Below, piece by piece: positions 39,159 to 51,121 of a stretch of 64,000 nucleotides of DNA (its first letter is position 1; every line of letters begins with the position of its first letter). The stretch is from Octopus vulgaris (lineage: Eukaryota). The DNA lies in assembly GCA_951406725.2 (NCBI GenBank), contig OX597822.1, positions 41,664,001 through 41,728,000 on the forward strand, written 5' to 3'. The notes below the pieces were generated by a model. The model was given only the letters and a program-made list of their open reading frames with translations, did not search any database and had not been told where the DNA came from. A program made the position numbers and the translations under genes.

Positions 39159-39795
39159 TATTATTACTATTATTATTATTATTATTGTTGTTAAGACAGC
39201 AAGCTGACAGAATTGTTACCATGCCAGGCAATATGTTCAGAGTTCAAATTCTGTCAGGGTCAACTTTGCCTTTCATCCTTTTGTGGTCAATAAAATAAGT
39301 ACCAGTTGATCAGCGGTGGATGGGTTGTCGATGTAATCGACTTACTCCCTCCCCTGAAATTGCTGGGCTTGTGCTAAAATTTGAAACTATTATTGCTATT
39401 ATGAAGGTGGCAAGCTGGCATAGTCGTTAGCATGCCAAGTAAAATGATTAGCATCATTTTGTTCATCTTTACACTCTGAGTTCAAACTCCACCAAGATCA
39501 ACTTTGCCTTTTATCCTTCGGGGTTTGATAAAATAAGTGCCAGTTGAGAACAGGGGCTGATGTAATCAACTTAACCCCTCCCCCAAAATTTCAGGCCTTG
39601 TTCCTATAGCAGAAAGGATTATTATTATTATTATTATTAAAGAATAAAAAGTTTTGAATGGTATAACAATGCACTATAATACAGCTAATGGGCTATATAC
39701 CTGTTGTCTGTATTATAGTGCATTGATGTACCATTCAAAACTTTTTATTCCTTACAAACAATACACTATGCTTCAAGCGAGCTACAATACTCTCC

Positions 39796-39840
<45 letters not shown>

Positions 39841-39841
<1 letters not shown>

Positions 39842-40395
39842 GAGTGAGAGAGCAGTGTAAGCCATCAAAGTGACACTGTGGTAAAATATACAAAGCCCAG
39901 GATATCCACCATGACTACCCATATGATAAGAGTACACCAGGCACATGCATCACAACCATGTGTGTACGACATGGTGATCTCATTTCAAGATAAACAGTGC
40001 ATGACCTTGCAGGTAGGGCCCACTTAGAATTTCCTTCAGGTCGAGTAGCCCATCCTACTCAAAAGGTCCCTGAATAAGAGCCGTTTAAGGATATTGAACA
40101 AAACACCCATGTTTCCAAAGGTGAATTATCCAAACCCCAAAGAATTCCTCTCAACACATGACTATGATGCCACCCCACTACTTCTGCTCGTGATCAGAGA
40201 TGCACATATCATCAGCCACCAAAGGACATGCTCAACTGGTCAAAGTCAAACAACTGACAAGCAAATCTGTGGTATTGAGCAGAATATTTGCTGTAGCCCA
40301 TCTTTTATACCGAGACAAAATATGTACATGATAACACTCCCAATCAGTTAAGACCAGGAGCCATGAGAGCCACTACCTGGTACTGCATATGGGCA
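39841..40395. mobile_element. Unclassified (TTA)n-flanked repeat, further copy
   Basis: Collinear with 27768-28372. Confidence 0.75.
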
Positions 40396-40399
40396 TTTA

Positions 40400-40445
<46 letters not shown>

Positions 40446-40878
40446 GTGAAAACACAACTTATTTTTCTGGGTATGATGGAAAGTGTCAGCTGTCCGCAGT
40501 CAGCAGACTAAGGTGGCACTTGTTTACTGATCATACTTCAAAAACCCTGTGAAGAATTCCTACAGTTCCAAGCAATTCTGATTTTTGTAGGTGTTCTACC
40601 TTTACACTTGCACCAATCTTTTTCAACCATGTTGGTAGTTGAGTGCTGATGCTTCGAAGTGCACCAATTACTATTGGTATCATGTCTTCTCTCTTCATTA
40701 ACCACAACCTTCATATTTCCCACTTCAAATTGTCATAGCTGTTTACGTTTTCTTCTTTCACATTGATCCTGTTGTCACCAGAGCATGCTATGTCGATAAT
40801 CATACATGTTCTTTCTTTTTTACTCACCACAACAATGTCCGGTTTCTGATGGCTGGTTAGGTGATTGCACTGGATCAA
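40446..40878 (-). pseudogene. R4/Dong-clade non-LTR 3' end with restriction-like endonuclease remnant
   Basis: Minus strand KPDIVVVSKKERTCMIIDIAC..D...KE, IPIVIGAL and LQKSELLGTVGIL, followed by a (TAA)n tract. Confidence 0.8.
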
Positions 40879-43464
40879 TGTATCTGCAAATCATCATGTG
40901 CAAGTTGAACAGCAAGAATCAAAATGATAACATACATATTCATTAGTGTAAGAGAGAACTTATGCTAATGAATTGTTTGTGTTATGAACACACATTTGTC
41001 TGAAAAGAATTGTTCTCCATTAAAGAGATACAACAGTTATGTGTTCATTCACATTAAAATTTGCCAGAACAAATTAAGAATGAATATTATTATTATCATT
41101 ATTAAATAAAAACAAATACAAGGAATAATGACAACAACAATGGATGTATTTTAAAAGCTTGGCTTCTACTGAAATTGAACCCAGAACATCATCTTTTCCC
41201 TTCCTTCCTGATATTTTATGTTCCACCATTTTAATTAGACCCGCTACCACTACTCATACACACAACCTGTGTCCTGTTTGACCTCTGATGTGTCATAAAT
41301 CAGAGCAAGTTTATTTAGATGGCAAACAATGTGGTATGATTTCCTTTTATCAAATGCCTGAATCATTTCCAACATGATGGATGCACCATGTTCTGGAGTG
41401 GGGCAGCAGGCAAGGATTGAACAATAACAACAACAACAATTATTATTATTATTATTTTTATTTTTATTATCTGAGCTAGATATAGTTTTGCTCTGCTATT
41501 GGCTAAAGATAGTTTTTCTCTCTAGATTGATGAAAAGATGAAGCGTTGGTTATCAGAGGAAAGTCTAAGACTAGTATTTATATTTTATTATTTTTGATAA
41601 TCAACAAATGAAAATATATATATAAATATATATCACTGCCACTTTCATTGTTAATGCAACTCTCACCACCACCACCTCCATCATCATCATCTTCACCATC
41701 TTCACTATTTCACTATTATTTTCATTACTACACCCACTGCCATCATTTTCCCCACTGACATCATCACCTCTGTCATCATCTTCACCACCAACACAACCAG
41801 CATCATTGTTATCATCATTATTACTTTATTATCCAGTATCATCATCATTATTGTTAAATATCTTGAGTCACCTCCATCATCACCAACCAACCAACCAACC
41901 GTCACCCTCATCTTCATCATCATCATTATCATTTTTGTCAATACCAATACTGCATCATCACCATCATCATCATGACCAACATCATGCAGTCATTTTTACT
42001 ATCACCTTCACCACTCTACAAGGATGGTGACTAGTGATGTAGTGGTGGTGATGGATGAGATGCTGGACGTTGTAGTGTGATGTTGAATATAATGGCATGA
42101 TGATGGATATAGTGTTGTAGTGATATTGGATGTAGTATTTTGATAGTGTTGGATGTGGTGGTATTGGATGTAGTGTGTGTGTGTGGTAGTGTGGCATGTA
42201 GTTGGATGTGATGGTGAAGTGTTCTTGTATGCCGTGTTGCGATGGTGTTGGCAGTAGAGTTGTAATACCAGTGTTTGAATTGAACAATCTACATATTCCT
42301 TCACTATGTTTCAGATATTGTGACATAGGTGGTACTAGCTATAGCGGTAGGGAAGATAGTGCTCAACTGGTATAGAATAGCACTAGTATACATTATAGTA
42401 TGATGCATGCAACTGTCTGACCTAGTATGACTTTGGTTTTAAGAAATAATATTAATAATAATGCCTCAACTGGTATAGTAATGGCTGTAGTAGTATGAGT
42501 GGTAGTGTAGTAGTTATTATCACTATCCCAATTCACCCACCTCCCATGCACACACATAGACACACATTCACTGTTACCTAGCAACAGAACAAAGAAGAAT
42601 AACTCAGTAGTTACGTAAGGTTGAAGTAATTTTAGATTGAAAGTTCTCTCATCAAACTTTATCCCAAACTATTACTAAATTTATATTTTATTTTTAATTT
42701 CTTGATTTCAGTCACTGGACCCAGGCCATCCTAATGCACCACCTCCCTGTAGTTTATATCAACTTCAATATTTTATTTATTTGTTGTTTTCAGTCACAAT
42801 TGGTGAACATTAGTGTCATTGTTTACAGATTTCCAAGAAACCAATCATTGGTTCATTGTATTTCTGATGGCGGCAATGTATAAAGATTGTCTCTGGCTTT
42901 TCACCAATGTTTATGTTTCACTAATACCACATGACCATGTAATCAATTGGGCTGTCAAATGTTGTTATACATCGCTGGTCACAATGAGCTTTGCATCGTT
43001 TTAACCTGTGAATGATGCTACCTTGCTGGCAAGGGAAGCAGGTCAACATGCCTCCTGGTTGGAAGGCTAATCCACCACAGCATGATCCATTTACAGCTGA
43101 GTGGACTGGAACAACATTAAATGAAGTGTTTAGCTTAAGAACGCAATGTACCACGCAGTTCTGGAATTGAACCCATAGTTTGTTGATCATGAGTGCAATA
43201 CCCTAACCACCAGGCCACATGCCTTTAGTAGTATAGATTATTGAAAGGCACATGCATATATACATACAAAACATAACAAATCTGCACATATGCATACATA
43301 CATACATACATACATACATACATACATACATACAAACAAACAAACATACTTTGTTGTTGATGTTGAAATTCCAATGAAGGAGCCTTGAATCTAGGTTAGA
43401 AACGTGCTCTTTCTCTATTGGCAAGAAATCTTGAAATAAAACTGAACAATGGCATACATACATA

Positions 43465-43632
43465 GTCGCAGGCGTAGCTGTGTGGTAAGAAGCTTGCTTC
43501 CTAATCACATGGTTCTGGGTTCAGACCTACTGCATGGCAACTTGGGCAAGTGTCTTCTACTATAGCCTCAGGCTTACCAAAGCCTTGTGAGTAGATTTGG
43601 TAGAGGGTACTGAAAGAAGCCTATCGTGTGTG

Positions 43633-43680
<48 letters not shown>

Positions 43681-43900
43681 TACACATGTATTTGTGTGTC
43701 TGTGTTTGTCCCCACACCATCGCTTGACAACAGATGTTAGTGTGTTTATGTCCCTGAAACTGAGCGGTTCAACAAAAGAGGCCAATAGAATAAGTACTAG
43801 GCTTACAAAGAATAAGTCCTAGGGTTGATTTGTTTGAATAAAGGCGGTGCTCCAGCATGGCCACAGTCAAATGACTGAAACTTGTAAAAGAATAAAAGAA
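43465..43900 (+). mobile_element. SINE family B, full length
   Basis: Matches the family consensus with internal (TG)/(TA)n. Confidence 0.85.
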
Positions 43901-44538
43901 TACATTCATGGGTGTGTGGTTAAGAAGTTTACTTCCCAGCCACATGGTTTTGAGTTCAGTCCCAGTGGTTGGTACTTTGGATGAGTGTTTCCTATTATAG
44001 CCCAAACCTACCAATGCTATGTGAAGTTATTCCGTGGACAGAAACTACAGGCAGCCTATCCTCTGTGTGTGTAAATTTATAAAAACGTTTGTATTCCATT
44101 CTTGTCCCTTAATATGATGACCAATTGTCCAGCACTCTTTTACTAAAAACCAAACAAGATTTGTGATGGGGAGAGCATCTAACAGTAAAATCCAACCTCA
44201 AATAATCCCAAGCCCAAATTACATGCAAGTACGGAAAAACAGATGTTAAAATGAACGATATATATATGTATGTGTGTTTGATTTTATATGTGTATATGTG
44301 TGTGTGTATAAATATATACATATGTGATGAGAGAAAGAGAGTTTAGCATTAGTCTGTGGCCAGAATGAAGTGTACATAGTCTCTGAGGAAAGAAACAAAA
44401 CTCATACCAGATCATTCACACCCTTTCTTGTCTACTGAGAAATTTTTAAAATGTCACACATTTACACATTTATGTAGTTTCTCTTAAATCTTGCTGTATA
44501 CTCAGCGAAAGTATATGTTTAACTTCTATATGTGTGTA

Positions 44539-44587
<49 letters not shown>

Positions 44588-44659
44588 ATAATAATAATAT
44601 TAGGGTGTAAATCCAAACTTACATTGATTTGCCTAATAGTGGTTTTTATCTCTAATTTA

Positions 44660-44700
<41 letters not shown>

Positions 44701-44708
<8 letters not shown>

Positions 44709-45128
44709 ATATTTCGGAATGGTCATATTGCCAGTTTAGCCAATAAAAACACATGCACTATATATTTGGTGTTATTTTGCTTCAGTGTTATTTATTTTTT
44801 ACATTAATCTTAATCTTATTTCGGACAGAGTTCTTTTGTCACACTCCTGTGACCGCATCAGTGGTCCTTTGTTTTCTTCTTTCTTTTTTTGTGTCTCTCC
44901 TTACTAACCGTCAGCCATTTTGTATTTCTATTGTATGTCTTCATTTGAGAGGTGGTATGCAAATTTTTGTAAAAACACTTACTGGAAAAACCATCACATT
45001 GGAAGTAGAACCTTCAGAGTGTGTTTTTATTGGCTAAACTGGCAATATGACCATTCCGAAATATAACAATATCTGTTTCAACACACGACTTCACATAAAA
45101 AAATCTTGCACAACAAATATTTAAACGT
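44701..45128. mobile_element. Fold-back PLE-type element enclosing a ubiquitin fragment
   Basis: Perfect 52-bp inverted repeat 44701-44752 / 45021-45072, tail of about 55 nt on the right, degenerate HHR on minus 44823-44867, (TA)n on both sides. Confidence 0.75.
44939..45018 (+). pseudogene. Polyubiquitin mRNA fragment (monomer-monomer junction)
   Basis: L(H)LRGG|[20 protein letters not shown]: ubiquitin C-terminus fused to ubiquitin residues 1-20, truncated on both sides. Confidence 0.92.
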
Positions 45129-45250
45129 ATATATATATAGTTCAGCAAAAATTTAGTTTCAGATGAATATGGTACTCAAGTTGAGGCACCAGAATTTGGT
45201 ATGGTGTTATCCATACAATTTCAAAGTAAGGTGATTAAAATCAAAATAAG

Positions 45251-45416
45251 CAACAAGGATATCCAAAGGTAATGCAGTACGATCGTTTCATGCCACTCCA
45301 TTTAATTGAACAATGCAATCATTACATCATTTTAAATTGGTGTAATGATTGCATTGTTCAATTAAATGGAGTCGCATGAAACGATCATACTGCATTACCT
45401 CTGGATATCCTTGTTG
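45251..45416. repeat. Near-perfect 166-bp palindrome with half-hammerhead motif
   Basis: CAACAAGGATATCC...GGATATCCTTGTTG arms; minus strand GAAACGATCGTA-CTGC. Confidence 0.85.
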
Positions 45417-45429
45417 TATTTATATATTT

Positions 45430-45465
<36 letters not shown>

Positions 45466-45605
45466 GGAGTCATATCTGTATTGAAAAGGAATTAACTGTC
45501 TTTGGCTGCTATTTCTAAATTTTCAGTATGTGGTGAAGCAACTTGTTGCTAAACCCTTAATTATATTTAATTATATATATATGTATGCGTGCGTGCGTGC
45601 GTGTA

Positions 45606-45636
<31 letters not shown>

Positions 45637-45830
45637 ATATGTATATGTGTATATGTATGTGTGTATATATATGTATGTGTGTGTGTATATGTATATGTGT
45701 ATATATATGTATGTGTGTATATATATGTATGTATGTATATATATGTGTGTGTATATATATGTATGTATGTATATATATGTGTGTGTTTGTGTATGTGTAT
45801 ATATATGTGTATGTATGCATGTGTGGGTGT

Positions 45831-47872
45831 CATCATCATCATCATCATCATCGTTTAGCGTCCGTTTTCCATGCTAGCATGGGTTGGACGGTTCTACTGG
45901 GGTCTGTGAAGCCAGAAGGCTTCATCAGGCCCAGTCAAATCTGGCAGTGTTTCTACGGCAGGATGCCCTTCCTAACGCCAACCACTCCGTGAGTGTAGTG
46001 GGTGCTTTTTTACGTGCCACCCGCACTGGTGCCAGACAGAGCTGGCAAACGGCCACGAACGGATGGTGCTTTTTATGTGCCACCGGCACGAGGGCCAGGC
46101 GAGGCTGGCAACGGACACGAAACGGGGCGGTGCTGGCAACGGTCGCGAAACGGAAAGTTCTCTTACATGCCACCGGCACTGGTAACACATCTGCAATTTC
46201 CATTGATCGATTTCCATTGCATCGATTTTGATTCTGATCCTCACTTGCCTCAACGGGTTTTCACAAGTAGAGTTTCGACATGCCACCGGTACTGGTAACA
46301 CATCCGCAATTTCCATTGATCGATTTCGATTCTGATCCTCACTTGCCTCAACACGTCTTCACAAGTAGAATTTTGTGTCCCAAGAAGGGAAGGTATGCAT
46401 ACGTAGGCTGGCTCCATCCCATGTAGAAGGCCACGGGTTATGGACTCACTTGTCCTGCCGGGTCTTCTCGCGCACAGCACACTTCCAGAGGTCTCGGTCT
46501 CTAGTCATTTCCTCAGTGAGACCTAAAGTTCGAAGGTCGTGCTTCACCACCTCGTCCCAGGTTTTCCTGGGTCTGCCTCTTCCACAGGTTCCCTCAACCG
46601 CTAGGGTGTGGCACTTTTTCACACAACTATCTTCATCCATTCTCGCCACATGACCATACCAGCGCAAACGTCTCTCTTGCACACCACAACTGATGCTTCT
46701 TAGGTCCAGCTTTTCTCTCAAGGTACTTACACTCTGCCGAGTGTGAGTACCGGCATTACACATCCATCGGAGCATACTGGCTTCATTTCTAGCGAGCTTA
46801 CGCATATCCTCAGCAGTCACGGCCCATGTTTCACTGCCATGTAGCATGGCTGTTCGTACACACGCATCATACAGTCTGCCTTTCACTCTGTGCGAGAGGC
46901 CTTTTGTCACCAGCAGAGGTAAGAGCTCTCTGAACTTTGCCCAAGCTATTCTTACTCTAGCAGTTACACTTTCAGCACAGCCGCCCCCGCTGCTGACTTG
47001 GTCACCTAGGTAACGGAAACTATCAACTATTTCTAGTTTTTCTCCCTGGAAAGTGACGGAAGTTGGTCTCAGAGCATTTTCAGTGTTTATTGTTCCTGAG
47101 CATCTGCCACATACAAAAACCATCTTCCTAGTTAGCCTTCCTTTGACATTGCTGCATCTCTTATGTGTCCATAGCTTACACTTGGTGCATCTTATAGAGT
47201 TTCTACCTACACCTTTTCTACAGATCGAGCAGGGCCATCTACCTGAAGGTGTTTGTGATTTGTCTACCTTCCTACTGATTACGACTTTGGTTTTAGCTAG
47301 ATTGACTCTGAGGCCCTTCGATTCTAATCCTTGTTTCCACACCTGAAACTTCTCCTCCAGTTCTGATAGCAACTCAGCAATTAGAGCAAGGTCATCAGCA
47401 TAGAGGAGCTCCCAAGGGCATCCTGTCTTGAATTCCTCCGTTATTGCCTGGAGGACTATGATAAATAGGAGGGGGCTGAGTACTGAGCCTTGGTGGACCC
47501 CTACCTCTACCCGGAATTCTTCACTGTACTCATTTCCAACCCTCACCCTACTAGCAGCGTCCCTATACCTGGCCCGCACAGCTCTCACTAACCATTCATC
47601 TATCCCTAGTTTCCTCATTGCCCACCAGATAAGGGATCGGGGGACCCTGTCGAAGGCTTTCTCCATGTCAACAAAAGCCAGGTACAGGGGCTTATCTTTG
47701 GCTAGGTATTTCTCCTGCAGCTGCCTTACCAGGAATATAGCATCAGTAGTACTTTTCCCTGGCACAAACCCAAACTGCATCTCATCTAAACTAACTCTCT
47801 CTCTAATTAGTTGGGCTATGACCCTCTCCGTAACCTTCATCACCTGATCCAACAGCTTGATACCTCTGTAGT

Positions 47873-47876
<4 letters not shown>
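45831..47876 (-). mobile_element. Young 5'-truncated RTE-clade LINE inserted in a (TA/TG)n tract
   Basis: Uninterrupted RT ORF, modular 3' UTR with a duplication near 46165-46370, (GAT)n tail. Confidence 0.95.
46446..47876 (-). CDS. RTE reverse transcriptase (5'-truncated ORF) with PHD-type finger
   Basis: NYRGIKLL, QFGFVPGKST, FVDMEKAFD, GVHQGSVLSP, YADD (47391-47402), FRYLGD, RLRWYGH, GRGRPRKTW; first 33 aa of the track ORF are microsatellite. Confidence 0.95.
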
Positions 47877-47906
<30 letters not shown>

Positions 47907-48598
47907 ATATATATATATGTATATGTATGTGTGTGTATATATATGTGTGTTTGTATGTATATATGTATCTTTCATCTTTTACTTGCTCTAGTTATTAAAG
48001 TGCTGCCATGTATATATTCAACAGGCTTCTTTCAGTTTCCTTCTGCCAGATCCACTCACAAGGCTTTGGTCTGCCTGAGGCTATAGTAGAAGACACTTGC
48101 CCAAGGTGCCACGCAGTGAGACTGAACCTGAAACCATGTGGTTGGGAAGCAAGCTTCTTACCACACAATATATGTATTTATATAATATATATGTGTATTT
48201 ATACACACACACACACACATAAATATATATACATATAATTATATGATAGGCTCCACACAGTTCTCTCTTAAATAATAAATTCCAGTCACAAGGTATTATC
48301 CATGATTAGAGTAGAAGACATACATCCAAAGTGCTATGTAATAGGATCAACTCCAGAACCGTTTTATTGTGCGTTGAAGTTCTTTAATCACATAGCTTCT
48401 TTGAAATGACTCAAACCAATGAAAATCAATGTTAACCTTGGTGGATTTTGAACTCAGAACATTTAAGGATGCTGGATATTTTGAACAATGCTCTATCTAT
48501 TCTGCCGCTCCATGTCCATATTTCTTAACCAGCTATGTTATGAAGCAAGAGTGTGCTGTCAAGCTTTCCTGAGAAATTTACTACAAATAGAGTAATTA

Positions 48599-49163
48599 TT
48601 GGGTTGTTCGGAAAGTTTGTGCCATTTTTAAAAGAAAGTAAAAGGTCAATAAATACTTGCCACTACATTTTTAATCAACCAAATATGAACCATTTTGTTG
48701 CACAGTGTGTCTCCATCTTTACTTTAACTTGAAAATACCCTCTTCCCAGAATTGAGGTGGTTTTATGGCAAAGAATTCATTAAGCTATCTTTTTACATCA
48801 TCCAAGGAATTGAAATTTTTACCACTAAGACTATTCTGCAGAGACCTGAATAAGTAGAAATCCGAAGGAGCAATATCTGGTGAACATGGAGGGTGGGGTA
48901 ACACATCCCAGCCGAGCTGCAGCAATTTTTGTCTGGTTCCCAAAGCATCAAGTGCTGAAAATGAACTTTCTTATCTTCCATTTTAAAGGTTTACAGAATT
49001 AACACAGGTTATAGGAACATAAACCTTCTTCCATGAAAAGATAGCTTAAACTGTGCTCTAAATGGAGGTGTAGTCAAATCCTATTTTATGGACTCATCCA
49101 TGTTCCAAAATAAGTCAAAAGGTAAGCTACTATAAATCGGCACGAACTTTCCGGACAACCCAA
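48599..49163 (-). mobile_element. Internally deleted mariner element
   Basis: TIRs TTGGGTTGTYCGGAAAGTTYGTGCC, TA duplication; minus strand MEDKKVHF..LMLW and PHPPCSPDIAPSDFYLFRSLQN. Confidence 0.92.
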
Positions 49164-50985
49164 TAATTTGTACTAATTAAAGCTTGACTGAATATCTATC
49201 TTAATTACATGTTTTTGTTAGTTTCTCTTTTTTTCTTGTCTCACACTTTCATCTGTCCATCTAAAACTGAAATCAGCTCCTTTCTAATTACAACTCTTAC
49301 CTTCAGTAATAATTGCAAGAATTTTCTCTGATTAAAATCTGCAATATCGTTATTATTAAATAATGATATTGTTATTATTCAAAGGTTATGAGCTGGCAAA
49401 ATTGTTAGCAGGTTAACCCTTTCGTTACCATATTTCTTTTGAAATGCTCTGTGTTTCTTTCAATTAATTTTAAATATAACAAAAAATTTAGTAAAATAAC
49501 CTAGTTATCATTTAGTATTAGGAACATAAATTGGGACTAAGATTTGTTGGAAGATTTTAATTCAGAACTTATGAAAACAAGATATTTGTACTACAGAGCC
49601 AGAGGCAGTTTCAGCCAGGTTGGTATCGAAATGCTTCACAGCATTTCTTCCAACTTTTTACATTTTGAGTTCAAATTCCTCTGAGGTCAACCTTCTTCTT
49701 GGGATCAATAAAATAAATACCAGTTGTAATTGACTAACTCCTTTCTCACAAAATTTTAGGCATTGTGCCTGTAGTAGAAAGAATTGTTATTACAAGAGGA
49801 AAGGGACACTGAGTTGATAGGATCAGTAGAGCATCAAATGTTGAGATTTCTTCCAACATTCTATGTTCTATGTTAAAATCCCATTGAAGTTAACTTTACT
49901 TTTCTTCCTTCTGGAGTCAATATAATGAAGTACCTCCCAGTACGGGGGGTGGGGACAATTTAACCCCTACCTCACTCCCAGCCTTGCTAAAAATTGTTGA
50001 CCTTGTGTCTAAACTAAAAATTATTGTTACATGCTATGAACTCCTGACATGGCCAAGGTTTATAGTTCAAATACAAGGCCACTAGTTTTTTTTGTTTTTT
50101 TTTGTATTTGTATTTTTTTTTAATGTTGGCACAGACATTATTGTGTGGTTAAGAAGTTCACTTCTGAACCACATAGCCTCAAGTTCAGTACCACCTTCAG
50201 CAAATGCTGTCAGATGTACAGAATTAATCAAACACACATGCATGAATACACATACATTTATATACATATACATACAGAGATGGTGGACTTTTATACAGTT
50301 TTCTGTTGAATTTCATTTACAATTATTGATCATCTTAAAAGTATTGATCATCTTACAGTTATAGTCAAAAACACTTGTTTAAAGTGCAAAGCAGTGAGTT
50401 TGGACATTAAACCAAATGGCTGTGAAGTAAACTTCTCAACTAAGCATCTATAACAAGTATAGGCTTCTAATGAAGCCACTTTCAACAGCACTGCAAATTG
50501 CTATAGTGAAACACTATAAAAAGAAAAGAAAAACGATACCAAAAATGAATATAGTACTCAGCAACACCATCTAGCAGCAACTGTAAAAATACAAAGAAAA
50601 CAATAATATATGGTATAACCCACCATTGGTGTGGAAAACTAGTTATGCAAAATATTTCCTTTCACTAATCAGAGAGCATTTCCCCTTCAGCCATAAATCC
50701 CACAAATTGTTCACCAAAACTGATATATGCTTGTCATGTGAAGTACTGTATAGAATCACAATGCAAAAATATTGCAAACAGATGTTGAGTGAAAGGAGTC
50801 AACAAGCAATTAGCAAAATATGGAGGCTTGTTCTTAAAGGAGAAAATGCCTAGAGAAAATTATTGCATACCAGGATATCTTCACCAATAACATATTAATT
50901 AACTATATAGAACTCTTTTAATAGTTTCCTGTACTAGTACAATTGCTTGATCCATCATTGCTTCCCAGAAAATACCTCAGCACTT

Positions 50986-51121
50986 TCAAAGTACATTTGT
51001 GAATTGAGATACAAAGGGTAAGACTGCCAATATCTCGTGGACAGTATTAGTAAGGTAGACATTTAGGCATCCTGTGACCCCAGCCAAATTGAGAAACTTC
51101 ACACCATTCACTGTTCTGTTC
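50986..51121 (-). CDS. Candidate host-gene exon 3 (last coding), unknown product
   Basis: Acceptor TTTTCTTTTCCGATAG; phase 2 gives NRTVNGVKFLNLAGVTGCLNVYLTNTVHEILAVLPFVSQFTNVL*. Confidence 0.35.

Noticed and set aside
44753-45037. 94-aa ORF as a functional ubiquitin gene
   Set aside because: Only 20 residues plus the preceding LRGG match ubiquitin; the rest is element sequence
45530-45992. Overlapping Y/I/C/V/H-rich ORFs
   Set aside because: (TA)/(TG) microsatellite translations
47877-47975. N-terminus of the 509-aa ORF
   Set aside because: Translation of flanking (TA/CA)n microsatellite, not part of the LINE
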